Shown: piece after piece, positions 1 through 10,857 of the stretch
How the letters are laid out: each line of letters opens with the position of its first letter
Numbering within the stretch: the stretch's first letter is position 1
DNA from: a virus
Length of the DNA stretch: 64,000 nt
Direction: 5' to 3' (one strand)
Virus record (IMG/VR): IMGVR_UViG_3300028198_000256
Coordinates: 1 to 64,000 of that record
Notes under the pieces: model-generated
Told to the model about the DNA's origin: nothing
Databases searched by the model: none
The model's input: only the letters and a program-made list of their open reading frames with translations
Position numbers and translations under genes: made by a program

Positions 1-3000
1 ATCAACATCGGTTCCTGATTTGAGTCCTAGTATAGTTGATTGGAGATTATCATAGCTAACTGTATTATGATGTCCACCAGAATAGAGATTATTAACATTA
101 ACAACATCTGTTTTATAAACAATATCTCCCGATATATCATCTTTTTCAAGTCCTTTTGTCCATACTCCCAAACCATCCATAACATCAACTGTAATTTCAA
201 CGTTTTTAATAATATGAAATCTTAAATATGGAACACCCTTAGTTTTACTTGATCTTATGAACGTATCTGCCTCTAATACAAACTCCCCAAACACTTCAAA
301 TCCAGCTGGATGTATAACTTTTTTAATTATATCTCGCCATTTATCAATAGTCACACCACTACGTAATACATACGAATAATCTTGCCATAACATACTATCT
401 TGACATTTCACCGCATTAGATGGCATTGAATCTTTTTCAGATAAACTATATCCTACACGTGAGCAAACGATTCCAGTATTTAATTTTATTTCAGCATTCC
501 CATTACCCTTACTCACCAAATCCAAAATAGGTGTAACTTCATATCCAATGCCAAAATCATCCCATCTGTTCGCCAAACCAGTAACATAACTACCTATAGC
601 AACCGTAGAAATCCCACCTATATCGTCAGACACGCATCTTAAAATCGCACCACTACCTTTAGAAACATAATCACCACTCTTGTCAGAAACACCCACACTA
701 GGCAAAGTTTTATATCCACTTCCACTACTATACAGATGTAATGAAGAAATCCCCCCAACAGATAGATTATGATATTTTAATGATACAGTATACCAATCAG
801 GCAACATTAAAGGAATACGTATATGTCCTTCTTTAGTGTCATCATCCCAGATATTATTAATATCTGTATATATATTATTATGTTCTTTTATATCTTTTAA
901 TAAATAATAATCAACATTATGGTTTTGTGTCTCCCATTTTACCTCGGCACCAAATGTCCAAAAACTAATATCACCACCAACTGGTGATATTATTGTTATT
1001 GTTGATACTCCAGTAGTAACGTCTAATACAACATTCACTGGTATTTTAGCAGCACCAAATAAATCCGGTATTCCAAAATGAGGTTTAGAAGAAATAATAA
1101 CATGATACACCCCACTTACTAATCCATATCCATTAGAAAAAATGATATCCGACCACAATTTACCATTAGATGGTGTTTCTTTTAACTTACCAAGTTTTTC
1201 ATCTGTATCAGTTTCTTCCCAATAATCAAAATGTAGATCTGACATAACTGGATTTATTCTATTAACATTTTTATATATAGTTATATAAGAATCAGAATAT
1301 AGGCCGGTGATTTCGTCCAATATTTGGTCATTAATAGAATATTCATTTGAATTAATAATTCTACTATGAATCATAGGATTAGCGGTCCACATCCTTAGAT
1401 AATTATTCGTATCCTCTGTATCATCTGGAAGTTTGTCAAATCTATGTCCTTTTGTTATTCTAAACGTTGCAAAATCGCCATTACAATGAGTAGTAGATTC
1501 AATCGGAATAATTATAGATCCACTATTTGTTTCTGAAACTATTGAACGTCTTGCTCCAATCAGAAATTCATCTTCTAAATGAGTACCTTCAGTAATAAAA
1601 TATTTATCAAACTCACTTTTAGTTAACATCTCTGATATGATATTAATATAAAATGCCCAATAATATTTTTTAGAATTTAACATCTCAGTTATAATATCAA
1701 TATCATCTGAAGTATCAGAATTTTCATTAATATCATACCTTACAACGCCGTTCACCGACTCCTGTAAAAATAACTTTAACTCATCGTCCTTTGAAGTTAT
1801 ATTAGAATCATTTATAGAATTAATCTCATGAATAACTGCATTAATCGCATTATCCCAACTATAAACCATACTTTGCCAATCATTAGCATACGGACCTTCT
1901 GTTATATTACATGTATAGAGTTCACCACCATCTGTTATAACAAACGACTTCAAATATGTCATTGAAGTGGCTTTACCATTTAAATATAAACTTGCCACAC
2001 TAGATTGGAAATCAATTTCTACCGTAATATGAATCCAACCACTGTCTGAAACTTCAACATTATCATAATCAATAACACCAGCATCTTCCATATCCATAGA
2101 AAGTTCTGTTTGATGACCTTCTGGTCCAAGAACTAAAACAAACTTCAATTTATCATTAAACTCTCTTTGTACTAATGTCAGTTTATTTGGGGTTTCACTA
2201 ATATATTGTGATGCCAATGAAAAAATAACTTCTTCATCCGACCAATTAGGCGGATTTAAATTATAATTAAAATTTGGATGATACCAAAAATCTATAGTAA
2301 ACTTATAAGTTTTATCATCTGTCGCATTAAATTCTGGTGATAGCAATTCACCAACACCATTAATTTTAACATACCCATCTCCATCATCTCCAAACGTCAT
2401 ATGTTCTGTTTTATCAAACACATGATAATTTTCATCAGATCCAGTAGAAGGTGTGTATATGCCCTTATCAACTAAACATGAATGACTATTTAACATGTTT
2501 GTATCAACCGGTTCATAACTGATGGTATGGTCAGTTAATATATCACTATAATCTACTATATAATTCTCGGCATCAATATTAAACCCGGTAATCCATATAC
2601 CAGGTTCTGTCCCAGAATGTGGTAATATAGTCACTACTGATATGCCATAAGTTGATGATTGCGTATCAGTATCAGTTAATACTGATACTGGTAAATATGC
2701 TGGTGAAAAGTTACCTTTTGTACTATCATTGGTATTAGAAATCATTACATAATAATCACCACTTTTTAATCCATATCCACTTACAAACGTAAACTGATTA
2801 AAGTTTGATTCTACATGGCATGAGACTATATCAAGTGAACCATTGGCAAAAAATAAATCAGGGGATATCGATGATAATATTGGGTCAACTCGGTTATCCT
2901 TAACAACTCTACAAACACCATCATGATTCCCAAATGATCCTAAAAGAATTGAATTCTTTTCTATAATTAAGTTATTAGCATAGTCTATAAAATTATTACT

Positions 3001-5685
3001 ACCAAAGTTATAAAAGGTACCACCAAGTAAAACACTAGTTTGAAAATCTAAAAGTAAAATATTATCATCATATTTATCATCCGCATTGGATATAATAACT
3101 TTAACCTCAGTAGAAATCTTAGAATTGTATATTTTATTGTGATATCCAATATTATATGAATGAGTCCTAGCTAGACTATCTTGTACCCATTCCAAAGAAA
3201 TATATTCGGCGCTGCTAGTACAACTAGATATAACACCAAAAACACCAGTACCGCCAGTGCCCAAATCATTAAATTCCAACACTTCACCTGTAATATAATT
3301 CTCACCAGCAGATTCCACAACAACACCGTCAACAGAACCAACTCTAACAGATGCAACATGACAATCAAATCCACTACCACTACCCGGATCTATCATATTA
3401 AATGCAAGTGATTCTCCCACATTATAACCACTTCCACCATGAATAACATCAATTGAGGATATAACTACATATAAACTTTCAGTAAACGAATTATTATCAT
3501 TATCCGTTATTGTTACGGATTCCCCTTTAATAAATCTACCAACCATATTAGAAATGAAATATTCCTCTACTGGACTAATCTCGATATAATATGAAAGATG
3601 TCTGTCTATAGTTGCCACAGAACCACTAATATTACCAACCACCAATTTAGGATTATATGTTTCATCATTATAATTAACAGCAACACCATATCTATCTATA
3701 AATGGCACACATCGTATACTTTGTTGTATTTCCCATGTATTATCACTTGGCTTAAAAGTATATTTACTTGGATAAAAAAAGTCAACATCTTTTTGGAAAA
3801 AAAGATTAAATAAAAATTTATATGACTGTTCCGTTCCTTTATTAGAATAAAATGTCTTCATAAACTTTATAAGTTTAGACCTGTCTGCAAGAACTTTAAT
3901 ATTATCACTATTGGTATTAGAACGTCGTTCTATCTCAGTTTTACTAATATATGTTGTTGATATTCTATAAAGAACACGAACTACTGTCTGTGATTTAGGA
4001 ATCCATCTTGTCTCATTTATAGGATCTTTAAAAACGATTATACCGTCTTCTATGTTATAATAATCATTAGGTAGTTTTACAAAATCACCACTAGACATAT
4101 CATATTTCATATCAAATATTAAATTGTTAAATACCCCACCATCCAATACTTCAACTTTAAACATCATAAAGACTGTTCCTACAGGAACAGGTATATCATT
4201 ATTAATATTATTAATATTAATATAAGGAACTTCCCACAAACCGCCATTTAATTGACATGAACTTTCTGTATTATATCCAGACACAGTACATGACTTGTTG
4301 ACCCCATTATCAAATTTGACAAATAATTTAATATTATTATCAAATAAGTCTAATTTTATATTAGATAAATAAAGAATAGACATGAGCGGGTCTGACACAC
4401 TACCAATAGTAAAGATATGTTCTTCATCCCCGACCGCGTTGCCATTGCCATAGAATATATAATTTCTGATATATTGTGTTATAATAGGAAGATGATACGA
4501 ATCCCCATGTTCTATAATACTTACCTCATTAACTGATTTAGATTCGGAAACATTAAATTCAATTTGACCATCTCTCCCGATTCCATCAATATCTTCCACC
4601 TCTACAATATATTTTCCTGGAGTTAAAGAATGCCCAACATTATATAAACTAGCACCACTTATTAATGTCTCATCTTCATCATCAATCATGACATCAGTCA
4701 ATTCTCCTGAAGAATTTTCAATCTCAAATTTGAATTTAGGTAAAATACTATAGTTAGTTGATATTCCAAAACCACCATGCATATTTAATTTATTTAAAAA
4801 ATCAACACGTAATGATGATGAACTTTGATTATATCCAGATCCGTTCTCTATTATAATCGGGGATGTAATACTACCAGATATTACTGTAACTTCAAGTATC
4901 CCACCTTGTCCGTCGTTACCATCAAACCCCCCAACATTAAGAATATATACACCATCCGTCCACCCATATGATGGATATATAACAACAACTTCATATAACG
5001 ATCCCAATTGTCCAAGAACAAATTCAAATCTAGGATATTCAATAATAATGTTAGAGGGGTTAAATCGAAGTTCGTTAATAAATTCGGAAATATCTGAAGA
5101 AGATCTTGACCCAAATGTATCAATTTCATTATATAATGGAACAGTAGTTGTATTTACTTGATTAGAAAGTAGTGGTATGCCATTTGCATCAATAGGTATA
5201 AAAAAAGAATTTAAATCTGGATTAATATATACTGAAATATCATCTACTTTTTGTAAAAAACTTTTATCGTTATAATATGAAGGTTCATAATGTGATAAAT
5301 TGAATTGAGAAACTACACCATTTCCAACAAAATTATCAGAAGAATATGTTACCGTAGAACTTTCACGATTTCTTAAATTTAATTTATTTCTACGAGTATT
5401 ACTTTCATTCGTTTCATCTATACTATTATTAATAGTAATAACTGTTGGCATATCAAATGCCATTTCTTTAATATAATATTGGCCAAATAAATGAGAAACA
5501 TTATCTATATCAGAATCTTGTAATAATCCAGCAGAAACCCCCAATGGATTACCATCTTGTGCCATCCATTCATAATATAATTCTAAAAATTCAATATATG
5601 TGTTATATTCCCCAGACTCACGCATCCAACTTGGAATTTGTTCCGATATGTCATCTGTCAACCATTTTAATTTAGAAGTATCCAT
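1..5685 (-). CDS. gp7: Baseplate wedge initiator gp7-like, at least 1895 aa, 3' end outside the window (missing from the ORF track)
   Basis: Manual translation of sampled segments in one frame. It starts MDTSKLKWLTDDISEQIPSWMRESGEYNTYIEFLELYYEWM and contains QDSMLWQDYSYVLRSGVTIDKWRDIIKKVIHPAGFEVFGE at about 290-410, the conserved motif of T4-like gp7. It lies directly downstream of gp6. Not every codon was checked. Confidence 0.85.
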   Translation of the reverse strand, partial: MDTSKLKWLTDDISEQIPSWMRESGEYNTYIEFLELYYEWMAQDGNPLGVSAGLLQDSDIDNVSHLFGQYYIKEMAFDMPTVITINNSIDETNESNTRRNKLNLRNRESSTVTYSSDNFVGNGVVSQFNLSHYEPSYYNDKSFLQKVDDISVYINPDLNSFFIPIDANGIPLLSNQVNTTTVPLYNEIDTFGSRSSSDISEFINELRFNPSNIIIEYPRFEFVLGQLGSLYEVVVIYPSYGWTDGVYILNVGGFDGNDGQGGILEVTVISGSITSPIIIENGSGYNQSSSSLRVDFLNKLNMHGGFGISTNYSILPKFKFEIENSSGELTDVMIDDEDETLISGASLYNVGHSLTPGKYIVEVEDIDGIGRDGQIEFNVSESKSVNEVSIIEHGDSYHLPIITQYIRNYIFYGNGNAVGDEEHIFTIGSVSDPLMSILYLSNIKLDLFDNNIKLFVKFDNGVNKSCTVSGYNTESSCQLNGGLWEVPYININNINNDIPVPVGTVFMMFKVEVLDGGVFNNLIFDMKYDMSSGDFVKLPNDYYNIEDGIIVFKDPINETRWIPKSQTVVRVLYRISTTYISKTEIERRSNTNSDNIKVLADRSKLIKFMKTFYSNKGTEQSYKFLFNLFFQKDVDFFYPSKYTFKPSDNTWEIQQSIRCVPFIDRYGVAVNYNDETYNPKLVVGNISGSVATIDRHLSYYIEISPVEEYFISNMVGRFIKGESVTITDNDNNSFTESLYVVISSIDVIHGGSGYNVGESLAFNMIDPGSGSGFDCHVASVRVGSVDGVVVESAGENYITGEVLEFNDLGTGGTGVFGVISSCTSSAEYISLEWVQDSLARTHSYNIGYHNKIYNSKISTEVKVIISNADDKYDDNILLLDFQTSVLLGGTFYNFGSNNFIDYANNLIIEKNSILLGSFGNHDGVCRVVKDNRVDPILSSISPDLFFANGSLDIVSCHVESNFNQFTFVSGYGLKSGDYYVMISNTNDSTKGNFSPAYLPVSVLTDTDTQSSTYGISVVTILPHSGTEPGIWITGFNIDAENYIVDYSDILTDHTISYEPVDTNMLNSHSCLVDKGIYTPSTGSDENYHVFDKTEHMTFGDDGDGYVKINGVGELLSPEFNATDDKTYKFTIDFWYHPNFNYNLNPPNWSDEEVIFSLASQYISETPNKLTLVQREFNDKLKFVLVLGPEGHQTELSMDMEDAGVIDYDNVEVSDSGWIHITVEIDFQSSVASLYLNGKATSMTYLKSFVITDGGELYTCNITEGPYANDWQSMVYSWDNAINAVIHEINSINDSNITSKDDELKLFLQESVNGVVRYDINENSDTSDDIDIITEMLNSKKYYWAFYINIISEMLTKSEFDKYFITEGTHLEDEFLIGARRSIVSETNSGSIIIPIESTTHCNGDFATFRITKGHRFDKLPDDTEDTNNYLRMWTANPMIHSRIINSNEYSINDQILDEITGLYSDSYITIYKNVNRINPVMSDLHFDYWEETDTDEKLGKLKETPSNGKLWSDIIFSNGYGLVSGVYHVIISSKPHFGIPDLFGAAKIPVNVVLDVTTGVSTITIISPVGGDISFWTFGAEVKWETQNHNVDYYLLKDIKEHNNIYTDINNIWDDDTKEGHIRIPLMLPDWYTVSLKYHNLSVGGISSLHLYSSGSGYKTLPSVGVSDKSGDYVSKGSGAILRCVSDDIGGISTVAIGSYVTGLANRWDDFGIGYEVTPILDLVSKGNGNAEIKLNTGIVCSRVGYSLSEKDSMPSNAVKCQDSMLWQDYSYVLRSGVTIDKWRDIIKKVIHPAGFEVFGEFVLEADTFIRSSKTKGVPYLRFHIIKNVEITVDVMDGLGVWTKGLEKDDISGDIVYKTDVVNVNNLYSGGHHNTVSYDNLQSTILGLKSGTDVD

Positions 5686-5689
5686 AATA

Positions 5690-7621
5690 TTAAATTATAT
5701 TTACTGATCTTACTGAAGAATTTTCTGAACTATAAAATAAATCATTATCCATTATATCTATAGATATATTAGTTTGGTCTATATATAATATTTGATTGCC
5801 CCTTGGATATATATCATCCGATGTCAAAGAACATGTAACCGATATATCAGTATAATAATCACTTTCTAATATAATAACATTATCAATACGCACTAATCCC
5901 TTATTATAATCACATATACCTTTTAAATATGTATTAACTATGAATTCACCTTCTATTTCTCCCTTTCTATGAAATAACAAATGACCATCATGTTTTTCAT
6001 CATCAACAAAATGCCACAAAAATTCAGAATCTGGGATTCTGAATTCAGAAGAACGCACCGTACCTTTCTTTATTTTATTAGAAAAGTTAAAAATATAAGT
6101 ATATGGCTTACCATGTCCAGGGATGTCTTCATTAACTCTAAGAACAATATCCGTTAAATTATTTTCAATAGAGTGATGTGTATTATCTATCATCGCAAGA
6201 AACTTAGAATATCTAAAATAATCACCAAAACTATTTAAATCTTCTTTAGAAAATCTAACAACTTCGTCATAAACCATATTTTTAATATCATCAGAAGAAC
6301 GAGTTGTTTGATCCGAATTGTACTTAATCATGATTTTAATACCCAATTTAATATATTTTGGACTAACAATAATAGGAGAAATACCAAGCATAGAATGATT
6401 ACGTTTTAAATCGTATTCTATATTACTGCGTTCCACTTCTGATATATAATCACCAAACTTAGGTCTTATTGATATAAATATACTTCCATATTTGGGTGGT
6501 ATGTTATCTTCCCCACCCCATACATTTAAAGATTCAACCAATGGATATACTTCTTTAATAATAATTTTATAATCCTCTAATGTGACTGCTCGTTTTTGTG
6601 AAGAAAATGCTCTTGGTGCAGCGTGTCTTATTTCTTCTAAAGTTTCTTTATCACCACCGCCAAATGTTTTAGAATTTATAAAAATCGATGATTCATCAAT
6701 ACCTAAAAACGAAGTATCAACTATATTGTATAACGGATTCTCTGCGTCGTTATCAAATATAATACCTTGCCCTATTCCGTTAGCCGCAGATCCAACGCAA
6801 TCTAAATATGTAACTTTAATCAGGTCATTAGATGTCAATTTTCTACCAAACACTCCATCACCAAAATATATTTCATATTGTTCATTGATGCTCTCTTGCA
6901 AGAAAAAAACCAAACTATCTTTATCTAACTTCATATTATCACGTTCTAAATAATATTCTGATATATTATCACTTTCCATATCAGAATATGTAATAAAAAC
7001 ACGAAGGGTGTCTGTATCTATACCACTATTATTTAATATGAATTTTTGATTTATATCCGACTCATCATAATAAAAATATTCTTCTATTACATTCCCCTGT
7101 AATAATATAAAATCATCTAACCTAAATATATCATACTTACGACCCTCAACACCACCAATAACATTCGAATGAGTACGTACTGCATATCCTTCTTTTTCAG
7201 GATAAAAACTCCACGGACTTCCGTCTTTACGATTCAATTTAAATTTAGCAGATCTAGTGATGGGTAAAAATCTAGTAGGTAATGACTCAGAATCTGACCG
7301 TATTTCAACAACGGCAATAAGATTAACAGAAACTTTAGCACATGTATTAGATTTGGGTATATATCCTAACAATTTACACTTGGATATGACATTTTCCCGT
7401 ATTTGTGCAGTATCTAGAAACATCTCAGATGCTATCATATTTAAATAATATGCATGATGATGTGTATTATATGCTAAAATATCTATTAGTGAGTTTAAAC
7501 CAGATCCCTCAAAATCATAACTATTAAAAGTTTTATTTGTTGGGTGATTTCTCATATACTCAATTATACTAGATTTTATTGCTTTAAAATCTAATTCTGC
7601 AACTTTTATATTCTTTTCCAT
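5690..7621 (-). CDS. gp6: Baseplate wedge subunit gp6
   Basis: LDFKAIKSS, YDFEGSGLNSLIDILAYNTH, YEIYFGDGVFG, QKRAVTLEDY and WGGEDNIPPKYG motifs. Confidence 0.95.
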   Translation of the reverse strand: MEKNIKVAELDFKAIKSSIIEYMRNHPTNKTFNSYDFEGSGLNSLIDILAYNTHHHAYYLNMIASEMFLDTAQIRENVISKCKLLGYIPKSNTCAKVSVNLIAVVEIRSDSESLPTRFLPITRSAKFKLNRKDGSPWSFYPEKEGYAVRTHSNVIGGVEGRKYDIFRLDDFILLQGNVIEEYFYYDESDINQKFILNNSGIDTDTLRVFITYSDMESDNISEYYLERDNMKLDKDSLVFFLQESINEQYEIYFGDGVFGRKLTSNDLIKVTYLDCVGSAANGIGQGIIFDNDAENPLYNIVDTSFLGIDESSIFINSKTFGGGDKETLEEIRHAAPRAFSSQKRAVTLEDYKIIIKEVYPLVESLNVWGGEDNIPPKYGSIFISIRPKFGDYISEVERSNIEYDLKRNHSMLGISPIIVSPKYIKLGIKIMIKYNSDQTTRSSDDIKNMVYDEVVRFSKEDLNSFGDYFRYSKFLAMIDNTHHSIENNLTDIVLRVNEDIPGHGKPYTYIFNFSNKIKKGTVRSSEFRIPDSEFLWHFVDDEKHDGHLLFHRKGEIEGEFIVNTYLKGICDYNKGLVRIDNVIILESDYYTDISVTCSLTSDDIYPRGNQILYIDQTNISIDIMDNDLFYSSENSSVRSVNII

Positions 7622-7623
7622 AT

Positions 7624-8070
7624 CTATCTTACTCTATATAATGAAATTGATGTTGATATTATTTCGTTACTATTTGATGTTAGGGTTTGATATCGCAAAG
7701 TAATTTCAAACCCACCGTTAACATCATTGTCGGATTCTTCTAATGATATATCAATTATATCAATTCTCGATTCAAGTGTGCCCAACGTTGTCTTAATACC
7801 TTCGAGAATTCGTCTTATATATATTTTGTCGTTTAAATTCTCAAACAACAATTTACCTATACTTGTACCAAATCCCATATTAAACACACGTTCAGAATTA
7901 TTAGTTAATAAAATATTCTTCATAGATTGAGACATTGCGTCTTTACCATACAATATATTTATATCACCGGTAGTGTTTAATCCATTATGTTCTGTATTTT
8001 TTGAAAAAGTTAAATCAAAATCTTTCCAAAAATCTTCCTTTTTATTTAAAATTGTAGTATTATATGACAT
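7624..8070 (-). CDS. gp25: Baseplate wedge subunit gp25
   Basis: DFDLTF...QSMKNILLTNNSERVFNMGFGTSIGKLLFE; position between gp5 and gp6. Confidence 0.9.
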   Translation of the reverse strand: MSYNTTILNKKEDFWKDFDLTFSKNTEHNGLNTTGDINILYGKDAMSQSMKNILLTNNSERVFNMGFGTSIGKLLFENLNDKIYIRRILEGIKTTLGTLESRIDIIDISLEESDNDVNGGFEITLRYQTLTSNSNEIISTSISLYRVR

Positions 8071-8074
8071 ATCT

Positions 8075-8926
8075 TTAATTTAAATTTATTTTTGGAGCAT
8101 GTAACACAATACTCTCATTACTAATATTTATATATTTCCCACTAACATCCGAATCCCAAACTCCCTTAACTTTAATATTACAATCACCAGAAACCACTAG
8201 ATTAATATTACCATCTATATGCATGTTCTTATCCCCTTTAATAATCTCATAATCGTCTCCAATTATTTTAGTAACCCTATCTCCATTCGGATGATATTCT
8301 TCAAATGATCCGCTTCTATGATAAGTATGTATCCTCTCTGCCCCTGGTGTATCATCCAACTCTTGATGATGACCAGATTCAGTACTAATAACTTTATTAA
8401 ATGGATACACCGTCTTATATTTAGTTACGGGCTCTTTAAACAATGCATTAGAAACAACCGAATCAATCTTACCTTTAACAATAGTATCAGAAGTTTTATC
8501 TCCCCTAGACAATCTATTAACATCTGACTCACCAACAACAGAATTATGTATTGGTGTTTCGTTCAGAGATGGATATTTATTACCAGTATCACCAAATTTA
8601 ACTGTTGAGATATCTGGAGATTTAGGTATTCCAGGAATTGTACCAAGAAGAACTGGTTGTTGATAATTTTCACTATCAACAAAAAATCCCACAACCCACG
8701 CACCAACTAATATTCCAGTGGGCGATATACCAACACCGGCAATAGATGCTGAGGTAATTGGCATAATTGGTGATGCCCATGGTAGTGCATCTGTTGGTAA
8801 AATAGAAGAATCGTGGGTATGTGCCGCCAATATACGAACCCTACATCTACCTATTTTTAATGGGTCATTAATATCTTCTACAACACCATAAAACCAAATA
8901 AATTTATCCTTTCCTAAATATTCCAA
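8075..8926 (-). CDS. gp5: Baseplate central spike gp5 (OB-fold plus beta-helix, no lysozyme domain)
   Basis: WFYGVVEDINDPLKIGRCRVR, LPWA, ESGHHQELDDTPGAERIHTYHRSGSFEE; ends KINLN. Confidence 0.93.
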   Translation of the reverse strand: MEYLGKDKFIWFYGVVEDINDPLKIGRCRVRILAAHTHDSSILPTDALPWASPIMPITSASIAGVGISPTGILVGAWVVGFFVDSENYQQPVLLGTIPGIPKSPDISTVKFGDTGNKYPSLNETPIHNSVVGESDVNRLSRGDKTSDTIVKGKIDSVVSNALFKEPVTKYKTVYPFNKVISTESGHHQELDDTPGAERIHTYHRSGSFEEYHPNGDRVTKIIGDDYEIIKGDKNMHIDGNINLVVSGDCNIKVKGVWDSDVSGKYINISNESIVLHAPKINLN

Positions 8927-8929
8927 TAT

Positions 8930-10192
8930 TTAACTCCTTAATTTCGGAAATGTTACAGCAGTACGATCTTTTACTGCCGTTATCTTCATATAATATCCCA
9001 TACTACTCATCTTGTGAGTTAACTTTATAATTAACCATTTTCCATAATATGACGGATTGTTATACGATTCCTTACTAGTACTTTCTTTAAAAAGTGGTAA
9101 ATCTATACCTATGATATCACCAACTGCAATATTAGTGTCACCAAACACATTCAATTCTATTTTAAAATTATCAAATAATTGCAACCCATATTCTCTAGAT
9201 AATATATTCTCTGATCTATTATAACTATTATATTTATTGTATGGGGTATATGATATTATTTCGGGATTATGTTGTAATCCCTTAGATTTTGATATGTTAG
9301 ATTTATCAAGTAAGGGGTTATTTGCGGATTCACCACCACGACTTTCAATATATTGTTCTGAGTTTTTCCAATACGAATGTGTGGATTTACTAACTTGTCT
9401 AGACAATATATCACAACTAATATTAGTAGAATTGTACATACCCCCCATAATATTACCCAACACATCAAAATTAGATACTATTTTCCACTTATCTATTATA
9501 TTAATACTTGTTATAAGATTTGTGGGGTCTATCTCTCCAATATAATATTCCGCCTTTTTTTCCGGATAAAACAATTCTTCTATTGGTTTAAATACATAAT
9601 TCCTATTATTCTCAAAAAATAGATAAGCAGTAGTCCCACTCTTATATGCCAATGTAGACAACCAACGTATTGCCGCAAATGGTGCAATATTGGGAATTAT
9701 TAGTTTTTGTCTATCATCACTTTTGCTTATGATTAAAGACTTACTTGCATTAAATTCTTCAAATATTTTTAATGCAATAGATGCCGCATCATTACTAAAA
9801 TATCTAGATATTTTATATTCATAATTTTTTACAAGGTCAGATGTAACTAAACTTAATTTATAATCCAACTGATGTCTGGTAGTTTCCATCTCTGATATCA
9901 TATACACCCATAATTCTAAATATACATATCTACTAGAAAACGCACTTTTATATTTAATAATAACACGCTCTTGTCCTATAATTGGTAAATTTGATATTAT
10001 TTCTTCAGTGTCATTAATATATAAATCAACAGAAATACTAGACATCATTATATCTTCTGAAATTATAAGTTGTTCAAATGAGCTACTAAGATCCAAAACA
10101 TTACCATTATGAGAAGTTATTTGTAATAACTCTATCGTATGATCTCCTAATGATTTAGGTATAGATGATACTCCAACGGTATTTAAACTCAT
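8930..10192 (-). CDS. Baseplate hub protein (gp27/VgrG-like)
   Basis: NLPIIGQE, YLFFEN, GDTNIAVGDII and YYGKWLIIKLTH motifs; synteny gp53-hub-gp5. Confidence 0.7.
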   Translation of the reverse strand: MSLNTVGVSSIPKSLGDHTIELLQITSHNGNVLDLSSSFEQLIISEDIMMSSISVDLYINDTEEIISNLPIIGQERVIIKYKSAFSSRYVYLELWVYMISEMETTRHQLDYKLSLVTSDLVKNYEYKISRYFSNDAASIALKIFEEFNASKSLIISKSDDRQKLIIPNIAPFAAIRWLSTLAYKSGTTAYLFFENNRNYVFKPIEELFYPEKKAEYYIGEIDPTNLITSINIIDKWKIVSNFDVLGNIMGGMYNSTNISCDILSRQVSKSTHSYWKNSEQYIESRGGESANNPLLDKSNISKSKGLQHNPEIISYTPYNKYNSYNRSENILSREYGLQLFDNFKIELNVFGDTNIAVGDIIGIDLPLFKESTSKESYNNPSYYGKWLIIKLTHKMSSMGYYMKITAVKDRTAVTFPKLRS

Positions 10193-10815
10193 AATTCAAC
10201 CATTCTTTTAAATTCAGATAAAAAATCAGGAATTGAATCTTGTTTTAAAACTCGTATATTGCGCTTTTCTTCATTATTTGAAAAATCATAGTCGTATTTA
10301 CTAATCAGTTTAAATGAATTCTTTTCATTTAAACTTAACTTTTCATATGTATCCGGTGATACTTTATAATCTTCATCAACAACAGTCTCACTATTATTAT
10401 ACTCATCAACAACAACCCTGCTTATTAACTTAACATAACAATGTGGTTTTATCATAGAATATCTAAGACTACCATAATTACGTATAATTTTTTTATTAAA
10501 ACTTTCTTCATTTAACGGCCAATCATCATATTTATTAATCATATTATTAAACAATAACACGATCCAATAATAACTAGAATCACCATAGTATTTCTTTGCA
10601 ATCATTTCTGGGCTATCTTCATCACGAACATACCACGATTCCCATGTATACGGATTATCGATGTATGTCTGTGGAACTTTAACTTTTATAAACAAATTCT
10701 TAACCTTTCTGGGGATATTATCATAATTAATATACATATCATCAACTTTGTTATAAGTAGATTCTGTACCTGAAACAAGAACTTGTTTTTTTAAATTTGG
10801 AATATAATTGAACAT
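10189..10815 (-). CDS. gp53: Baseplate wedge gp53 (LysM-like)
   Basis: DEDSPEMIAKKYYGDSSYYWIVLLFNNM..WPL and NEEKRNIRVLK. Confidence 0.92.
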   Translation of the reverse strand: MFNYIPNLKKQVLVSGTESTYNKVDDMYINYDNIPRKVKNLFIKVKVPQTYIDNPYTWESWYVRDEDSPEMIAKKYYGDSSYYWIVLLFNNMINKYDDWPLNEESFNKKIIRNYGSLRYSMIKPHCYVKLISRVVVDEYNNSETVVDEDYKVSPDTYEKLSLNEKNSFKLISKYDYDFSNNEEKRNIRVLKQDSIPDFLSEFKRMVEL

Positions 10816-10857
10816 AATTGATTACTCTCTACAATATTACACACTGATGTATAAAAA

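Noticed and set aside
40-5129. Short track ORFs in 1-5.2 kb and the apparent non-coding gap
   Set aside because: They are shadows of the long minus-strand gp7 ORF, which the track missed because its stop lies outside the window.
8070-8075. Missing PAAR (gp5.4) gene between gp5 and gp25
   Set aside because: It may be encoded elsewhere in the genome; absence cannot be judged from one window.
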